Source of the DNA: Catajapyx aquilonaris
Taxonomy: Eukaryota
Assembly: GCA_000934665.2 (NCBI GenBank)
Contig: KZ538130.1
Coordinates: forward strand, 62,001-118,585
Direction: 5' to 3'
Length of the DNA stretch: 56,585 nt
Under the pieces are notes generated by a model that ran no database searches, had not been told where the DNA came from, and saw only the letters and a list, made by a program, of their open reading frames with translations. This document shows, in pieces, positions 24,092-35,933 of the stretch. Both the position numbers and the translations under genes were made by a program. How positions within the stretch are numbered: position 1 is the stretch's first letter; each line of letters begins with the position of its first letter.

Positions 24092-24358
24092 TTAGTCAAC
24101 TCCAAAGTCGTAGGTACTTTATCTTTTATCTCTGGATACATACGTAGACACTGTAACGCAATTTTAGTGTACGTACGAGCCTGAAGAAAATTTCATAATG
24201 ACAACTTCGCAATTCCTTTTGCAATATACTGGCACTGTAGAAATCGTTGCATCCTCTGGCAGAGAGAGGAAAGCTTCAAAAAACCATTTTCAGATTAGTT
24301 TCTCTATGATAATATTTAGCGGAAATTATTACTAACATTAGAGGAGATCCTGTATTAA

Positions 24359-24482
24359 CCTCCTGAGACCCCTAGTACACCTTTCAATCACCTTTGTTTT
24401 TGATTTTTTTACGCGTTTGAGTTAGTCAGAAGGTGCTGGAAAAAACAAAGGTACAGTATACTGTACCTGGGGTCTCAGGAGG
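24359..24482. mobile_element. piggyBac-type MITE
   Basis: TTAA|CCTCCTGAGACCCC ... GGGGTCTCAGGAGG|TTAA. Confidence 0.85.
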
Positions 24483-24634
24483 TTAAACTAAAAAGTAAAA
24501 TTCACTTTTTCCCATTTATTCTTCGAGTTATGGAAATCAAAGAGTCCAGTATATGTCGCGAATTTTAAATGCCTAATGGCCACAGCAGTCTTTGCGAGCC
24601 AATTCCCAGGCATCTTGTTCGCTGAACCTGACAC

Positions 24635-24683
24635 CCAATAGTTGCACAATCATAAATTTAATTTATGATTGTGCAACTATTGG
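24635..24683. repeat. Perfect palindrome, 24-bp arms, 1-nt loop
   Basis: CCAATAGTTGCACAATCATAAATT-T-AATTTATGATTGTGCAACTATTGG. Confidence 0.9.
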
Positions 24684-26500
24684 TTGTGAAATATATTCAT
24701 CGTAATAAAACAATTTAAAGAAATATCACAGTGTGCAATTAATATTAAGCAATCATTTATTAGTGGCCCGTTCTCTGTACGTAACAAGTACTGCGTATAT
24801 TAATGTGAATACGAGAGTATTATTGTGCCTTTATATTACCCATCAGGTGCGTGCCTGAAACAGACTACAATCAATGTTACATGTCAGTTGCATAATATTG
24901 TTCTCTCTTATTATATCCAAGCCCATACCCAATAATCCCTATCCAATGCATTTCCAATCCGTACCCACCTGACGGATCACACGATGGCGTAGGATGAACC
25001 GAGGAGTATTAGTCGATTTGAAAATTCATTTCACCCTATTTGTGTCATAAAATACTCCTGCAAGTACATTCCGCCACATCGCCACAACCTTACATCACCC
25101 CAAAAAATTTAATCCCATCCTGCATTCAAATACTGATAGCTTTATAGGCAGGTGTCATTGAATTACCGCATGGGTAGTCTCCCAATGATAGTTTCACACT
25201 ATCTGATTACAACACAGGGCATCAAGTTGCTATTGAACATAATTAACATGCAATAATGATTTCCGCTACTGGATTTGATACGTGTCAGTATACTTGCTAG
25301 ATCCTTGCAAAATATCCCCAGTAGGTGCCTCTAGCTGCACTTTCACAAAGCAAAATGAGTCCTTTTATACAGAAGACCTATGACGTCTTCAGCATTCAGT
25401 TTGTACGTAAATAGCCACGTACCGAGCAGAAGAAGTCTTCTAACTAAGGTAATATAAACCGGAACCGGTTCTATACCTGAATAATAATTACACGAGACCA
25501 TACAGCTAAAACTCCGAATATTACTTCAAAGGAGAATTTTTTCACAAGATAATGGAAAACCCAGTGATATTCGTGGCCCTACTATACGTATTGCGTACCT
25601 ACAGTAGCCTACACTGTTATATGCCATGTACTGTACAGCAGATTTTGCCGTCAACAACTAGTCGAATAGCCTCATGCTTAAATGATTTCAGAGCCTAGAT
25701 ATTAACTATTCTGGTGCCCAGCCCATTCGTAACTATAAATTAATATTAATATGCGACATGAACTTACCTTCAAAGGCTGTCGCGGTGATGTGGATGACGG
25801 TTTGGTTGTAGGGAATCCAAGAGACGCAATCCTATGTGCATTTCACTGTTTGCTAGTCTCAGTTCATTTCTATTGAAGTTGGCCCAATTTTCTGAAACAG
25901 AAGCATTGCCTTGTGGTTGGAACTTGTCCCGTAATAGTAGTAATAATTAACTAACGGACACGGTCGAAACTTGAGCTCTCGAAGTTACAGCAAACCTACT
26001 CAAGGTGTGAGCCTGCGGTACCTGAAGCTCTAACGTAATATTGAATCTAGTTCTCAAACTTTTAAAGTTAGTTTTGAGGGTTCGACCCCCTCCCCTCCAC
26101 CAGCTTCTTACCCCACTGGCCAAAGTGTTGAACTAGATCGGCACGGTTTCTAACTGTCAACCTTGTGGGCTGAAACTCTAAAAACTTTTTTTATTTTTTT
26201 TGGGTAAGAACGGAATGTGGGCTTCGAAGTATAAAATTACTTTTCTCAGCTTCACCACATGTGGCGCATATTACGCTACTTCAAACCCATACATTACCAA
26301 GTACCCTATCGGCTGAAACGTGAGCCAATGAACAAGAAGATAAATCTTCTCCAAGCAAGGAAAACTGTGAGAACTAGCATGCTTACCCTCTGCAAAGTAT
26401 CGGTTCTAACCGGCTGTGAAGATGTCAGTTGCGATACATTGCCTTGTAAATCAATACATTATGCCTACTGCCCTACTATCCGCCCAAATGGTAGAAACCG

Positions 26501-26558
<58 letters not shown>
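26501..26558. repeat. (ATT)n microsatellite
   Basis: Uninterrupted trinucleotide run. Confidence 0.95.
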
Positions 26559-27331
26559 GGATACCCGGCGTTGCTCGGGTTATGGAATACTTTTCCCAAA
26601 GAGTTCTGCTATACATACCTAGAGAGAGCCTCGGGGTGAAATGTGAGGCAGGCAACAATATTGCCCTAAAGATGGCGGACGTCGGACATTATTGGACTAA
26701 TTCCTGTCCCAGTTGTCATTATTGGTTGCTAGACAACTGTCAGAACACCGGCTTTTCTGCCCATTCGCCTCCTGCGGCCAAGGATGACCTCGGAGGTCAA
26801 GTCCAATGTGCTAAAAACCTTCCCAGTTAAAAACTACCCCTAATGATCCCCCTAGGGCATATGTCGAAGCCTCCGTATTGATTTGCATCGGGAACATACA
26901 GACATACATTGGGAAATGTAATAACCCTTGTAACATTATAACAGGAAATATGTATAATAAGATAAGATAATAATAAGAATGAGTGTGTGTACAATATTGG
27001 ACCAAAGATGGCGTCCACCATAGGAGCGGAGCGACCCAACCCTCCAAAATGTACAGTGGTATGTGAGTCTTCATGTTATCAAGTCCTCTGCCATCTGCTG
27101 GTTGGGTATGAAAGCTTAAGAGATTCTGACGTAGTTTGCGTCCCGTCCACCGTGCAGCTTTCCTGCCTTTCGCCTCTGCGACCAAGGATGACCTCGGAGG
27201 TCAAATCCAATGTGCTTAAAACCTTCCCCGTTAAAAACTACCCCTAATGAACCCCCTGGGGCATATGTCGAGGCCTCCGTATTGATTTGCACCAGGAACA
27301 TACAGATATACGTTCTGAAATATGTATAAGA
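26556..27331 (-). mobile_element. Helitron-like element family H2 with duplicated 5' region
   Basis: Minus-strand 3' hairpin CCCGAGCAACGCCGGG then CTAA; candidate A|TC 5' ends at 26962 and 27331; block CCAAGGATGACCTCGGAGG...GAACATACAGA present twice. Confidence 0.65.
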
Positions 27332-28206
27332 TTATTGTTGTTGTTGTTGTTGTTGGTCAACTGTTGATATGGAAGGACTTTCGTAATGGGAGACCGAATG
27401 TGGTACCAACCTACCCCATGACCTACACCCTATAGGAAAGTAGATAAAAGTGCGAGGTCTCCTGTTATGAAATCGTAGCCGAAAATAATGACCTCAGTTG
27501 CCTCTACCCGCTCAAAGAAATGCGAGCTTAAGCCGACCAAATTCGCTCGATGAGGATACCCGGTCTGTATCCGAATGAGGAAATGTTATCTTCTCCGTTG
27601 CCAGCATTTGTGAGAAATTGGGGGGGGGGGGGGNGCAGGGGGGATTTATGCGAAGAACCTTGAAAACATCTCGGTTCTAGCGCCGGTGCCTCTCGCCAAA
27701 CCCACTTGTTGGAGTTTTAATAAAGAGTCTCAAGAGGTTGGCAAACAGTTTGGGGGTCATCATCGAGGAAGAGGAAAACGCTGGTGGATGAAGCGAGGGA
27801 ATGGATGTGGGAGGTGGGGGAGGGGGGGTTCTGTCGATTGATTCTAAAGACTCTATGGGAAAAAAGTAGGGTTGTAGAGGCAAGGGATTTGCTCGTTTTT
27901 CCAGCAAGCTCTTTTGCACCAAGGAAGCGTCTCTTGAGAGTTGTCGGTTGCCTCATATTCGACTGCCTCACAGAAAAGGGGTTTGTCGATATTTTGGAAC
28001 CGGTGTCGTAATCATGCCACACTCCATTTTCTTTAATATCACACTGATAATCCTATAGAAACATGGACAGGTAGGTTAATATGGCTCAACACCTGGCTAT
28101 AAGTCATAAGGTGTGTTGCTTCCCTACTGGCCGGTACTATTTGGAAGTAAGTATCATTTGAGATTGAAAGATTGCATTTCCCTATAGTGGAAACCAGCCT
28201 GTGACG

Positions 28207-28351
28207 CAAGGGGGTAACCTCGGTACTCCGGTGTACACCTGCGAGTGGTACTCCCAGGTACTCCTCAGGTACCTCACTCTTTATTAGTTATTGGTACTCC
28301 TTGAATTTGGTACTCCAGTGTACACTTTTCAGTGGAGTGATTACCCCCTTG
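28207..28351. mobile_element. CAAGGGG-ended MITE with 8-bp TSD (hAT or P superfamily)
   Basis: TIR CAAGGGGGTAA / TTACCCCCTTG, perfect TSD CTGTGACG, internal GGTACTCC motifs shared with the copy at 52893. Confidence 0.88.
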
Positions 28352-28708
28352 CTGTGACGTATGTTTTTAATTTTGTCTGGTGGAACTGTGGATCGAACCA
28401 GCTTCTGTGAGAAGCAATATTCACGACCTTTTTTTTTTTAGGGGGGGGGGGGGCGCTCTCCCACTCGGTTGCTTCCACACAGTGCGTCAATGAACATTCC
28501 CATCGTGCTTCTGTCACGTAATTACGAAAGTAAACCGATTTTAATTGCGGCGATATTATCTGTTTATGCTAGTGCGGTCAGAATTAACCCTCCCAAGTTA
28601 ATTAGTGTAGGACCATGATGTCGAAAAAAGGCAGTACTTTCTCCTATAGTTATCCCATACAGACTGCTTAGTTGAACGACCCAAAATAATGTTTAATTCA
28701 ACTTATAA

Positions 28709-29000
28709 TAATAATAATTATTATTATTCATACCCCGTTATTAGCCGGCGGCTCTTTAGGGGGGAAATTTTTGTTTTGACTGGAACAGTTTGCTTTCATT
28801 TTACTGCGCTTTTTGGGATAGGATATGGACGGAAGGAAGCGGCTGTGGCCTGTTGTTACGGAAACGACCCCAGAATTATCCTGGAAGGACCGTGGGCAAC
28901 CACAGAAAACCACGGTCAGGGTCGCCGGCCCCGGGATTCGAACCCAGGACCTCCCGATTAGTAGGCGGACTCCATATCCACTACACCAACCTGCTTCGGT
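28709..29000 (-). mobile_element. SINE family 1
   Basis: Colinear with the 16769 copy; imperfect TSD TTAATTCAACTTATAA / TTAATTTAACTAATAA. Confidence 0.9.
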
Positions 29001-29078
29001 TTAATTTAACTAATAAGTGTAGTAATATGTAATCACTAGGACTATTCGCACGTGGTTTAAAAATAATTATGAGCACAT

Positions 29079-29525
29079 TTTTATTATTATTTACGTAGCT
29101 TTACCCCATTAGAGGGAACAGAGCCCTTTAGGGGGGGTGGATTACCACCATTTTTCTTACGAAATTTCTTCGCATTTTTTTTTCTCTCCGGTGCAGGGGT
29201 CAGGATAGGGATTTGCAAGTGTGATGTCCGAAATTTGGGGGTCGTGTGCAGTCCCCAAGGGGGCCAAGGTACAAGACACCCCCTAGGTGCGGGTCAGAAA
29301 CCCCCCCCCCCCCCCACCGACACCGCACCTCCTCATGGACGGGACAAGGATAGGAAAGGAAGGAAGCGGCTGTAGCCTATTATTTAGGAAGCAATCCGGA
29401 ATTCTCCTGGGGGGACCGTGGGAAACCACAGAAAACCACGGTTAGGATTGCCGGCCCCGGGACTCGAACCCAGGACCTCCCGATTAGCAGTCGAACACCT
29501 TATACACTCCACCAAATTGCTTCGG
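29079..29525 (-). mobile_element. Long SINE family 1 variant with an extra central module
   Basis: 15-bp TSD TAATTATGAGCACAT (29064-29078 / 29526-29540); family-1 head and body; extra segment similar to SINE family 2. Confidence 0.88.
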
Positions 29526-29649
29526 TAATTATGAGCACATGAATTTTTTCCTCTAAAAATCCAGGGGTCGAATTTTTGTCGCACTGCTAGTTACTGCTAA
29601 CTTAGTAGTACCAGCGCTGCCAGTGGTACTGCTAAGTTAATATGTACTA

Positions 29650-30059
29650 CAGTCCTTCAAACGAGAGAATGGGTTGACGTCACATTCAGCCCGCCTCTAC
29701 CTGGCTCTTCGTAGGGCTGTGCGATATCCGAAATTGCATATCGACTTTCGATACTAAAAAATATCGAATCGAAGTCGATATATCGAAAATCGAAAAACCG
29801 ACATCGAAAAATATCGAAAAATATCGCAAACCGACATCGAAAAATATCGCACACCGACATCGAACCGACATCGCGATATTCGATACATCGCACATGCCAA
29901 ACGTCGGATATCGCAACTTCGATATTAGGAAAATATCGTATCGACAGTCGATGTATCGAAATATCGCACAGTCCTACTCTTCCCTCCTATCACGTCCCCG
30001 AATCACTCCGCTGCGCACGGCTGCTGTGACGTCAGACCATTCTTTCGTTTAAAGGACTG
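29650..30059. mobile_element. TA-flanked MITE (CAGTCC termini) with nested element
   Basis: TA|CAGTCCTTCAAACGAGAGAATGGGTTGACGTCACA ... TGTGACGTCAGACCATTCTTTCGTTTAAAGGACTG|TA. Confidence 0.8.
29712..29976. mobile_element. hAT-like MITE with CGATAT/ACATCG repeats
   Basis: TIR TAGGGCTGTGCGATAT / ATATCGCACAGTCCTA; CTCTTC duplicated in the flanks. Confidence 0.8.
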
Positions 30060-31197
30060 TAGCAGTGACACGAAAATTCAACCCCAGGTATTTTTCCATG
30101 ATGATATAAGCACGTTTAACCAACCAGATGTTTATCGTGTTGACTTTTTGCAGCATGTAGCCATAGACAATGGCTCTTTGAAACCCATTTCAGAGGCGTA
30201 CATCACGCATGCCTCAAATGAGCGCATTACTAAATTATTCCAAGCACACATTCACAGGACTACACTAGCAAACTCTATGAATGCAGTGGGTGCCTTGTGC
30301 TTGCAACCAGTTTCATGACCTCCCTATCCTCTAAATTGCTGTACCCAAACTTGGAGGATTGCACCATCACAAGTGCTGAATTGTTCCTCCATTAAGAATT
30401 ACTGACGCACAAGAAAGCTTCACATATTTTGTATAAGCAAAGCTAGTTTCTGGATCGTAGAGCATGCTTTTACGATGCAGTATACAAGGGTAACGTTACC
30501 GGATTCACTGTAAAGCTCTACTCAGATATTGAAAAATTCAATATCACTCGCTATACTATTGAGAAAAAAAAGTAATCCGATTTTATCCACCTTTTGGTAT
30601 ACAAGGACTGTAAGAAGGTGTTGGGAAAGGATTTTCTCGTTTTTGAACCTATGTACTTAATGTACACCTATATCTGGATCGTCCCACACGTCTATACTCT
30701 TAACCATTTACCTTCTCTAGAGAGGGTAAATGGTTAAGAGTGTATGTCCGTGATAAAAAAAACAAGGTGCAAACATTTTCTTTGGAAATTTTTTTCTCAA
30801 TGATAGGGACAAAATGTCATGCACGTGCCGGGGTTTAAATTAATTTTGCTCTGAAAGTCCCGACAATAAACTCTCTGGGATTGACGTGAAGTCGGTCGTG
30901 TCCTGGGGACATCTGTCAGAAGGATAAGAGAGCGTCGCAGTTTAGTTAATATCTCGGCATTTTTGTCCCGTCGACTTCCGCTTGGAAATATATATAATAA
31001 TGTTTATTACACGTCACCTTCACTTTATTTTTTTAGGAAGTCTGGCGGTCTTTATATTCCGTGAAAATAACATTCTCTTCCTATTTATAGTCATCGGAAT
31101 TGTCAGATGTCTGGAGTATTTTTTTGTGCATATTTCATAGTGTGTTAAAAGTTATTGCACGATACGGTCATACTGTAGCTTTTCTAATCATAATTCT

Positions 31198-31490
31198 ACC
31201 GCTGCAGATTGGTAAAGTGGTTAAGGAGTCCGACTGGTAATCGGCAGGTCCTGGGTTCGATTATCGGGGCCGGCGATCCTGAACGTGGTTTTCCATGGTC
31301 CCCTCAGGATAATTCCGGGGTCGCTTCCGTACAATAGGCCACAGCCGCTTCCTTCCTTCCCTGTCCTTGGCCCCATCCATGTGTGAGGAAGATTTCAGAA
31401 AGATTGAGTGGTAAAATGGTGGTATTCCATACCCCCTAAACGAGCTCCGATTCTCCCAATGGGGTAATATAAAAATAATTTAAAATAATA
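31198..31490 (+). mobile_element. SINE family 1 (same subtype as 3843)
   Basis: tRNA-like head with GGTTCGATT, CAGCCGCTTCCTTCC body, TGGTGGTATTCC...GGGGTAA tail. Confidence 0.88.
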
Positions 31491-31601
31491 ATCATCATCA
31501 TCATCACCACCATCACGACATTTCCCTATAAGGGGTATAGTCAGCGATGACGGGAGCCGCAATCTAACCCAAAATATGAGCTAAATTAAAACTTGTAAAA
31601 C

Positions 31602-31913
31602 GAGGAGGTGAAGTGGCGCAGCGGTAACGCTCGCGCCCACAAATATTAAGGTCCCGGGTTCGATCCCCACCCGGGGTTCCCACCTTTATCCGTGCAGAGT
31701 TGGGCCATCTCTGGCTTCATTTCGGGTGGCAATTTCCGATAGACTAAGCCACCCGGGGGAGTTCACAAAATGACCGTTAGAGACATTGCATTGCACTTCG
31801 CACATCCCCTCCTACCTACCCTGGAGTAATTAAATAAGATCCTCTTATATTCCGATGGTGGTAATCCACCCCCCCTAAAGGATATGGCAAATCCCTATGG
31901 GGTAATGCAAAAA
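31602..31913 (+). mobile_element. tRNA-derived SINE family 3
   Basis: A box TGGCGCAGCGG, B box GGTTCGATCCC, shared 3' tail, poly-A, 14-bp TSD AAAACTTGTAAAAC (31588-31601 / 31914-31927). Confidence 0.88.
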
Positions 31914-32054
31914 AAAACTTGTAAAACCAAACGTAATATAAACAGCCCGTCCCGCCCCCCACCCTTGCCCATCTCAGACGACAAACACTCAATATTAAAT
32001 TTAAATATTACACTATGCAACGCGGTACTTTGCGAAATCAAGTGTCCCCCCATA

Positions 32055-32114
<60 letters not shown>
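32055..32114. repeat. (GAT)n microsatellite
   Basis: Uninterrupted trinucleotide run. Confidence 0.95.
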
Positions 32115-33937
32115 AACTCGGGCGGAGATGCCAAGCGTCGAAGGCACGCGAAGGGAGAAGCGCGAGCAATAATTACTGTAGAAATATGTAAATATTATTA
32201 AAATGATTTAAGCATCAGATTCAAGATGCTGACTAGTCTAAATCGGCAAAAAACAGCAACACTGAAGGTCGACAACAGATTAGCACGTGCTAATGAACAA
32301 CCTTGCTATGGCAATAAAAAGTGTCTAACAACCAAGCTTCACCGCGTACAGCATTACACAAGTACGCACTATCGGATCCAGGCCTAATAAGTAATCAAGA
32401 AAACTTTATTAAGCAGATTAATATTCGACGCTATTTTAGGTACATTAAGCAGCTTATATAAATAACACAACTTTAATTTCATAATTTGAAATAACTCTTA
32501 AAATCACTTTAATAACACTACACCGCACAACAGCCTACAACTTCTATCAAACTTTTCTATAGCTCTTGGCCTAACACAGACAAATAAATGTTTTGAAAGG
32601 TGTCCTGCAAGTAAGCTGTAACCTGACAGTTGCAGCAACTTATAACTCAATCCCACGTCACTTAAAGAGTTTTGAGTATCGTGCAGACGCCTCCCAAACT
32701 AGACAGCATTCCAACCCTCCATGTCAGTTCAAGTAGACTTTACCAGAAGCGACTCAAGTTGGCGCCTCCAGCTCAAAAAGAGGCCTTTGGGACACAACAA
32801 AAAAAAGAGGAGTGGCGATAAGATAGGGGCAGACGACCTGACAAACGTGGTTCGATACTAGCCCGTCAGGTGGGGTGTGAATATGTAGGCGTGTGTGTGT
32901 GAAATACAAACGAAAAAAAAAAAGAAGAAGAAGTATGAGTTGAGTGTGGGATGTGCTATGGGAAGGTGTGCGCGTGTGTGAATACCCACGTGTCTTCAAT
33001 GTCCATTTATATTCATGGACAGGTGATACCTCGACAAGGTCCCCTGACGTCTACTGTATGCACAGTGAATCCTACGGACACCCCCGGAATATTATGATTT
33101 CCAAGACGTCTTTTGCCAATTGGGGACCTATAGGAAAAGAGAGTCTGCGGGGGAAAGTTGCGCGGCGATTGGAGATCAATCGATCGATCATCCGGGCGCG
33201 GTCACTAGTGTAAGAGTACGACCTTCGGCGACCGTGACGTGGAATATGTGAGTGTGTATTTAGCACCCATTTTTTTTTGCATAAAAAGTTAGCAATGCGT
33301 CTTATCACAGTGTTAGTAAAAATAATCAACAAAAAGATGGACATCAAATAATCGGAGGGTGTCGTAATGTATCAGGCTGATAAGTGGTGAGAATATAGAG
33401 ATATCTAAACGGTGTCAGATGGTCCTCTCACACGGCATCAGAGGGGGGTAGTAAAATATTTGGAAATAGGTCTCTAAATCATGGTTGCCTTCATTTGAAG
33501 TTTCACCACCTCATCATCCGTGACAAAGTACTGTGCAGGACCATGTTATTTCATCACTTCCAAAATAACCGGTCTGGTGGGCCAGGTCATAAAATTTCGA
33601 AAGAGGGGGGGCCTGGGTAGAATTCCAAACTGAAAAAGTAAACGCGGCTTCGAATGTTGGCGGGGCACAGGTGCCAGTTGGGAGGATATTTACCTGCACT
33701 ATTATCATAGTTATATTCAGATACGTATGATCACTGACCGCGTTTCAGTGTCAAAACAAAAGGCATTCCTATCATGGTATTCCCCATACGCTGAGATAAC
33801 AAAAGAACATTATCAGAATAAATTTTATGAGGACATTCCAATAAGCTAGAATGTTGCTTTGGCTACGTTTTGAGTTTCGTGACGTAAAACTAACAATTAA
33901 AATATATTTAGTTCGGGCTCATCTATCAATTGAGAGG

Positions 33938-34118
33938 CTCCCAACAAGAGTGGTTCAAGTGACCAAAAAATCATTAAAAAATTGGCATCGTCATACCATC
34001 TTTCACGTGCAGAAAAATTCCTGGACGACTTGAACCGAAGATTCATATTTGATCACATATGACTTCAGTGTTTTTCTCGGAAACAACATTCTGTGACTTG
34101 AACCGCTCTTGTTGGGGG
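33938..34118. mobile_element. MITE-like inverted repeat element
   Basis: CCCAACAAGAGTGGTTCAAGT ... ACTTGAACCGCTCTTGTTGGG; TSD unclear. Confidence 0.6.
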
Positions 34119-34716
34119 TTATGTCCATAAAATTTTACTCCTTAGGACATGACAGTCTTGTACGAACATGTTGCGTAGGTTAGGGCATTATTACGATAAA
34201 CTAAGATTAGTCACACAGGATTTCCCTTGACTGAAATCTCTCGCTCTTTTTAGCGTTTTAAACAGCGCGCGATTCAACCACAAGCTCACCCAAAAAGATC
34301 ACAGTCCCTGCACAAGCATCACTAAAACGTCCAGAAGAAAACAACTAGGCAACAAATCAGGTCAAACAGCCCATCGACTGCACCACCATACTCCTCCGCA
34401 TCAGCCAATCTGTTGAAGAGCAACGTAGCGGAAGAAACGCTCGTCCCTGTACCGCATTGTCATCAGGACCCAGAACACCCAACCACAAGAATATAAAAAA
34501 AGGGTCGGCAGGCGTGAGTCTAGTTATAACCGTCCGCGCGCAATCGAGCGATTGCTATGGCATGAGGCGATAAGGCTAGCATTGGCGATAGCAACGGCGA
34601 CAAGAGCAGCCGTGGAGGTGAGAAACGGCTTCAAATTTGACCCTCAAAATGGATCTAGTGACTTGAATTCGGCTGTATTTTATCCTGCATGTGTACCGTG
34701 AGTGTGTGCGTTACAG

Positions 34717-34774
34717 GGTTGCGCCTGCGGATCTGCGGTTGAGACGGATGCCGCCATGTAGTTGCCCGCGGAAG
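34717..34774 (+). other. Candidate non-coding 5' UTR exon of the receptor gene
   Basis: TTACAG| acceptor and consensus AAG|GTGAGT donor in CpG-rich sequence with no repeat I could recognise; the first coding exon has an acceptor 2 nt before its ATG, so an upstream exon is expected. No transcript evidence. Confidence 0.35.
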
Positions 34775-35240
34775 GTGAGTCCACATGGCGCCACTGATGC
34801 TACCGTCCATGTTTGGGAGTCCGATGTGTTGCAAACAGGCGTTGGCTAGTTGTAGTCAGCGGTGTGTAGATACGGAGGAGTTGATGAAATCAAACTAGAT
34901 TATCCCTGCTGACTGATAGGACCCTCCATGGCAACTGCCGGAAATGTGCCACTTACATACTTCACATATGCGCCTTTGTGGTGCACTTTTGGTATTAGTA
35001 GACTGGGTAGTCTATACTATTTCAAAGGCTATTGTGCGGGCACAGTGTCATGAAATACGGAGAGATGGATAGAGCATGGAGTGGACAATATGAGAAGATT
35101 TAATCTTCATTGACCTGACTCATTCATATTCATTTTGGTACTAAAGATTTGTGTTTTCAGCTATCCCAATTGCACATTCATGTCTGTCCTGGTGCTTGCT
35201 GATGTGAACAGGTAAAAAAAAAAAAAACATTGCAATAGGC

Positions 35241-35615
35241 CAGGCCCGCGGGTCGTATCCGACCCGTGAAGACAATTTGTGCGGCCCGCGCAAAAATTTC
35301 GGAATTCCTGAAAATTTTGAAAAATTAAAATTGCAAAATTTTGTGCCTGTGCCTTTCTTTTTAATTCTTTTAAATCCGCAAAAAAACATTGTTTTTTATT
35401 TATACAAGCCATTTTCATTGATATATTTAGCTAATTTTATCGATCTTCAGAGAATTTAATGATAATTTATGCAATTAATGGAAGTTCATTTAAAACTATG
35501 GATATAGCATAATTGCAAACTTTATTATACGTTGATTTTTTTTTTGTAGATGCGGTCCGTCAAATTTTTTAAAATCTCTATGCGGCCCACGGAGAAAAAA
35601 GGTTGCCCACCCCTG
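35241..35615. mobile_element. hAT/Charlie-like MITE, left TIR partly deleted
   Basis: GCGGCCC subterminal motifs, right end AAAAAAGGTTGCCCACCCCTG, flanks CAATAGGC / CGAATAGGC. Confidence 0.7.
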
Positions 35616-35683
35616 CGAATAGGCCATTGGTGACAATGCAGACAACTCTAATAGGGCTCTTCCGAGGCACCAAATAATTTATT

Positions 35684-35933
35684 GAAGGGCTTACTGCAAC
35701 AATGGGATAACCCACAACGTAGCCGTAATGGTGGAAATGGATAGTATACACAGTACTTCTTATTCATTCTTTCAACTTGTAATAAATTATACAGACATGT
35801 GCCAAAATAAGAGGCACTTTTTTGTAGCATTGTGCAATAAATGTATTCTTCCTAAGTTATATCCCTTTAGCGTTAGTTCATTTTCTCCGTTTTTACAAAA
35901 TGTGGGTTAGCCAATTGTTGCAGTAAGCCCTTC
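35684..35933. mobile_element. MITE with GAAGGG termini and AT-rich 4-bp flanks (Sola-like)
   Basis: TATT|GAAGGGCTTACTGCAACAAT ... ATTGTTGCAGTAAGCCCTTC|AATT. Confidence 0.7.

Noticed and set aside
31884..32201. Poly-Asp/Ser ORFs here and poly-Leu/Tyr/Cys/Ile ORFs elsewhere
   Set aside because: They are translations of trinucleotide microsatellites.
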